From Mesotaenium endlicherianum (taxonomy: Eukaryota), in NCBI GenBank assembly GCA_009602735.1, contig WELA01002708.1, positions 124,001 to 188,000 of the forward strand: a DNA stretch of 64,000 nt, written 5' to 3'. This document shows positions 60,488-64,000 of this stretch, piece by piece; position 1 is the stretch's first letter, and each line of letters starts with the position of its first letter. The position numbers and the translations under genes are program-made. A model generated the notes under the pieces. It worked only from the letters and a program-made list of their open reading frames with translations. It searched no databases and was not told the DNA's origin.

Positions 60488-61173
60488 AAAAAAGATTGGT
60501 GGTGTTGACGGGCGCAGGCATCAGTGCAGAAAGCGGACTGAAAACTTTCCGAGATAGTGATGGTTTATGGGAAGGATATGATATATACGAAGTGGCTTCT
60601 CCGCGCGGATGGCAGCAGGCGCCACAGGTTGTGCTCGATTTTTACAATATGCGCCGCAGGGATGTAGCTCTTGCACAACCTAACGCTGCGCATAAAATAT
60701 TGGCAGCGTTGGAACAGGATTTCGATGTACACATCATCACACAGAATATCGACGACCTGCATGAACGGGCTGGAAGCACACAGGTATTGCATTTACATGG
60801 CGAGATATTCAAAATGCGCAGTGTGCTCGATGAAAACATTACTTATCCCATCCGTGAGGATATCCGTTTGGGCGACAAAGCGCCCGATGGCGGGCAACTC
60901 AGGCCCCATATCGTTTGGTTCGATGAACCCGTTCCTATGATCGAAGCGGCTATACAAGTAGCACGGACAGCAGAACTCTTTGCAGTCATCGGCACTTCAT
61001 TGGTAGTCTATCCCGCGGCAGGGCTTGTCAATTATGTGCCTTATGGCGTACCTAAATTCATTGTCGACAAACATATCCCTTCTTCCCCATCGTTATACAA
61101 TGTAACTGCTATCGAAGCTCCTGCTTCGGAAGGGGTACAATTGTTAAAAAACAAGCTGGCGGCGTATCTTTAG
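60484..61173 (+). CDS. cobB: NAD-dependent deacylase, Sir2 family
   Basis: GAGISAESGLKTFR, TQNIDDLHERAG, HLHG, RPHIVWF, GTSL.VYPAAG. Confidence 0.95.
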   Translation: MKKRLVVLTGAGISAESGLKTFRDSDGLWEGYDIYEVASPRGWQQAPQVVLDFYNMRRRDVALAQPNAAHKILAALEQDFDVHIITQNIDDLHERAGSTQVLHLHGEIFKMRSVLDENITYPIREDIRLGDKAPDGGQLRPHIVWFDEPVPMIEAAIQVARTAELFAVIGTSLVVYPAAGLVNYVPYGVPKFIVDKHIPSSPSLYNVTAIEAPASEGVQLLKNKLAAYL

Positions 61174-61219
61174 ACTTTTGCTAACATCGGCTGTTATAAT
61201 CTTGCACAAATTTCATTGC

Positions 61220-62527
61220 ATGAGGGTTGGTTTACTTTTCGTTTCCTGGTTTATTGCACTTTCCGCTACTGCTCAACTGAGTGAACAGTACCTGGAACTC
61301 AAAACTTTTACCGGTAAACAAACCAATTTGCCAACCGATAGCAGCGCGGCGCTTTATCCATATTATCACAAAGAACTGCACTACCTCTACCCGTTGTATA
61401 AAGCTTTTCAAAAAGAAAAAACAATCCTTGCGGCCACGGATGCTGCTAGTTATTACGACCAGCTTTCGCAGGTCCTTGCTTTTGTGGGTGATTATGCAAG
61501 CGTTTTGCAATTGAGCAAACTGGGACACGATCCTGTGGGTGACACGGCTATAGGGTTTTCCAACAAGCAAGCAGAAATAGTAAAATCGATTCAGTACACT
61601 GATGCCAGGCAGTATATTTTGAAAAAGGCGGCTGCCAGCCGCGTTGTGATGATCAATGAAGCGCACGACAAGCCCTTGCACAGGGTTTTCACCGCTTCTT
61701 TGCTGGAAGGCCTGTACCAACAGGGATTCCGCTACCTGGCCATGGAAACCCTGAACACGAATCGCAACACACCGCTTACCCGGTTGAATATGTACACCGG
61801 TCATTATACCTGCGAACCTATGGGTGGGGAATTGGTGCGAAAGGCCCTGGAAATAGGTTATAAACTGGTGGCTTATGAAGATTCTCTGGCGTACAAACAC
61901 GGACCCAATCAACGCGAATACATACAGGCGTCGAATATCAATGCGATCCTGAAAAAAGACAGCACTGCTAAAATACTGGTACATGCCGGTTACGGGCATA
62001 TATCGAAAGTGGCTACGGAAGACTATATTCCTATGGCCGCATATTTTAGCGTGATCTCCGGCATCGATCCGCTGACCATTGACCAGACTTCTCTGTGCGA
62101 AGGAAGCACGTCGAATGACAAAGCCAGTTTTTATGAAACATGGCTCAAGCTTCGCCCCGTTGCAGCTCCTGTAGTTCCTTTGCAAAGTGATACCGCATTC
62201 GATCCCTTTGGCTATAAGTTGTATGATGTTTACGTGATCCATCCGGCAACAAAATTTCATAACGGCCGTCCGCAATGGGTCAATATGGATGGATGGAAAA
62301 AAGAACTGCCCGTGCCTCCGGCGTTTCAATCGCTCTTCTTTGTACAGGCTTATTATGCCAATGAATACAATGATAAAACCGCCGGCCTGGTAGTGCCTGC
62401 CGATCAAACTTATATCAATGCACCAAACGGTTATTACTACCTCTATCTACGCAAAGGTAGGTATAAAATAGTTTTCCGGGATAAATTATATGCAGTGTTG
62501 GGAGTAAAAGAAATTGAAGTGAAATAG
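61220..62527 (+). CDS. Hypothetical exported protein (possible EreA/ChaN/TraB-like metal hydrolase fold)
   Basis: Signal peptide; VMINEAH, YLAME, RE, ILVHAGYGH motifs. Confidence 0.75.
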   Translation: MRVGLLFVSWFIALSATAQLSEQYLELKTFTGKQTNLPTDSSAALYPYYHKELHYLYPLYKAFQKEKTILAATDAASYYDQLSQVLAFVGDYASVLQLSKLGHDPVGDTAIGFSNKQAEIVKSIQYTDARQYILKKAAASRVVMINEAHDKPLHRVFTASLLEGLYQQGFRYLAMETLNTNRNTPLTRLNMYTGHYTCEPMGGELVRKALEIGYKLVAYEDSLAYKHGPNQREYIQASNINAILKKDSTAKILVHAGYGHISKVATEDYIPMAAYFSVISGIDPLTIDQTSLCEGSTSNDKASFYETWLKLRPVAAPVVPLQSDTAFDPFGYKLYDVYVIHPATKFHNGRPQWVNMDGWKKELPVPPAFQSLFFVQAYYANEYNDKTAGLVVPADQTYINAPNGYYYLYLRKGRYKIVFRDKLYAVLGVKEIEVK

Positions 62528-62544
62528 CGCCTTCAGAATTTGGC

Positions 62545-63198
62545 TCAATTTTTAGGCAGGGAAGATTTTAGAAAATCAATTTCTTGTCGTGGAAGAAAAA
62601 AACCTTTGATGCAGTTAGGGTTTCTGATAGAAAGTTGGATATGCGTTTTTTCAGCGATCCCAGCCCCGGTATATGCAGGGCCGCCTTCGGTAAATACCCC
62701 TCTTGCCGAATCGAATATTCTATATTCACTATACCCTTTCAGTTGTATATCTGTAGCAACCCAGTTAGTAATTTGATCATGCATAAATTCTATCACCTTG
62801 CAATCCAGTTCACGTAGGATTTTATCTTTATGGTGATCTGTTTTGATGTCTCTATTTTGGGGGAGTGTTTCACCAACATCTTTATAGGTTTGAGCCAGTA
62901 ATGAATAAGATCCCTTAATCATTGATATAAATCGCGAATCAGAAAGATCAAAACAATACCCTAAATCCAATACTGCTCCGATTACAGCAGGGGTATCAAT
63001 CTCACCTCTTCGTTTTTTATCTTTTGCCCATTCAAGAGCCCTATCAATGTTGTTTTCCCAGAAATATATGCCATGCCCCAGCCAGTCATAAGGTTTTTCA
63101 CTCTTTTTAATAAAATCCGGATTTGATAACAGCTTGTTCCGAATGGCGGCCTCGCATCCATGAAAAGCAATAATCAACCCTGGCCTCGAATAGTACAT
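62545..63198 (-). CDS. Putative ADP-ribosyltransferase-fold protein (candidate toxin)
   Basis: AFHG...WLGHGIYFWE...ALEWA...HIQLSIRN; the ORF is clear, the function is inferred. Confidence 0.7.
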   Translation of the reverse strand: MYYSRPGLIIAFHGCEAAIRNKLLSNPDFIKKSEKPYDWLGHGIYFWENNIDRALEWAKDKKRRGEIDTPAVIGAVLDLGYCFDLSDSRFISMIKGSYSLLAQTYKDVGETLPQNRDIKTDHHKDKILRELDCKVIEFMHDQITNWVATDIQLKGYSEYRIFDSARGVFTEGGPAYTGAGIAEKTHIQLSIRNPNCIKGFFLPRQEIDFLKSSLPKN

Positions 63199-63200
63199 GG

Positions 63201-63380
63201 TTACTTTGTAACCCCTTTTCTCATGAACCTGCCAATATTCCGATATGGTTTGGTATAATTACCTTTTTTCGTCAGGATACCTGCGGAAACAAGAGACGCA
63301 AACGCTTGTTCTTTTGTACGCTTTTCAGACAGTTTTTTCTTAAACATGTCTATTAACCTTTTAATATCTTGATCAGTCAT
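63201..63380 (-). CDS. 59-aa basic protein (candidate antitoxin), not in the ORF track
   Basis: Manual translation MTDQDIKRLIDMFKKKLSEKRTKEQAFASLVSAGILTKKGNYTKPYRNIGRFMRKGVTK*; TAAATTTG box 4 nt upstream; stop 2 nt before the next ATG. Confidence 0.8.
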   Translation of the reverse strand: MTDQDIKRLIDMFKKKLSEKRTKEQAFASLVSAGILTKKGNYTKPYRNIGRFMRKGVTK

Positions 63381-63491
63381 ACTACAAATTTACTGTAAGC
63401 AGCTTGCAAAAAAACAGGAGTTTGTACGTGATTTTTTTAGCAATAAATCAGATCAGGAATATACAATTGAAGAACCGTATTCAATCGGTCA

Positions 63492-63677
63492 TCAGCTATG
63501 CAAGCCGAAATAAGAAAGGGTTATCCATACTGCCACAAAGAAAAAAGCAGCCAATGCATCATTGGTCAATGATTTGAACGGTCTTTTCCTGATAAAAAGT
63601 TGGTAGAAAATCCACAGTACCATTAAAATAACAGGGCCGAAAAAACGCAGCATCCATAGCGTATAAGGAACAGACAT
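63492..63677 (-). CDS. Small two-TM hypothetical membrane protein
   Basis: 61-aa ORF with two hydrophobic helices and a basic loop. Confidence 0.6.
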   Translation of the reverse strand: MSVPYTLWMLRFFGPVILMVLWIFYQLFIRKRPFKSLTNDALAAFFFVAVWITLSYFGLHS

Positions 63678-63727
63678 ATACTTTCTATTTTCCTTGAAGT
63701 GTTTCGCTGCTATAAAGGTATAACTTA

Positions 63728-64000
63728 TTATTTAAAAAAGATATACCCTATGAATACCGCAGCTATCACTCCTATCAGATCGGCCAGCATACCGGCCCAG
63801 ATGGCATAACGCACTCTCTTGATGCCTACGCTACCGAAATACAACGCAACAATATAAAAAGTAGTATCGGCGCTGCCCTGGAATGTAGAAGCCAACTGGC
63901 CAATGAAACTATCAGGGCCATGCGTTTTGAAGATATCCAGCATCAGCCCCCGGGCGCCGCCACCGCTGAACGGACGCATGATGGCAACCGGCAGGGCCGG
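63728..64000 (-). CDS. Spore maturation SpmA/B-like nucleoside-recognition (gate) domain protein, C-terminal part
   Basis: RPFSG.GA...GPDSF.G..AS..QGS.DTTFY..ALYFGSVGI. Confidence 0.88.
   Translation of the reverse strand, partial: PALPVAIMRPFSGGGARGLMLDIFKTHGPDSFIGQLASTFQGSADTTFYIVALYFGSVGIKRVRYAIWAGMLADLIGVIAAVFIGYIFFK

Noticed and set aside
61232..62407. 391-aa antisense ORF, and similar ones such as 56978..57811, 58285..59067 and 24193..24975
   Set aside because: They overlap well-supported genes on the opposite strand and show no protein-family features
60484..63198. Sirtuin plus ART-like gene as one NAD-based defence system
   Set aside because: The sirtuin is an ordinary CobB-type deacylase on the opposite strand, coupled to a methyltransferase and separated by another gene

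Overview
Chromosomal window from a Bacteroidota bacterium, probably Chitinophagaceae-like (inferred from the T9SS adhesin/PorP pair, TAnnTTTG promoters, fused secDF and bacillithiol genes). Most of it is housekeeping: coaE, yajC, nusB, groESL, secDF, iscA, methylmalonyl-CoA mutase, aguAB, bshB1, rpmE2, yajQ, lgt, brxA, hsp20, coaD, pyrBR, recF, folP, ndk, cobB. No rRNA, tRNA, CRISPR array, transposase or integrase was recognised. Four things stand out. (1) A non-coding, highly degenerate 22-bp-period array of about 21 quasi-palindromic units (40153-40616) lies directly upstream of a higBA toxin-antitoxin pair. (2) A CzcCBA-type RND operon is duplicated in tandem, and each copy is headed by a ~120-aa leader ORF ending YLFFKEINPPPPK with a hairpin over its stop codon, a candidate ribosome-arrest sensor. 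(3) A two-gene module pairs a 59-aa ORF missing from the ORF track with an ADP-ribosyltransferase-like protein, a candidate toxin-antitoxin or defence system. (4) Two families of dispersed intergenic palindromic repeats occur four times each: CGTC-type ~80-bp elements and AATT-octamer-periodic elements. All calls come from reading motifs by eye; no database searches were run.
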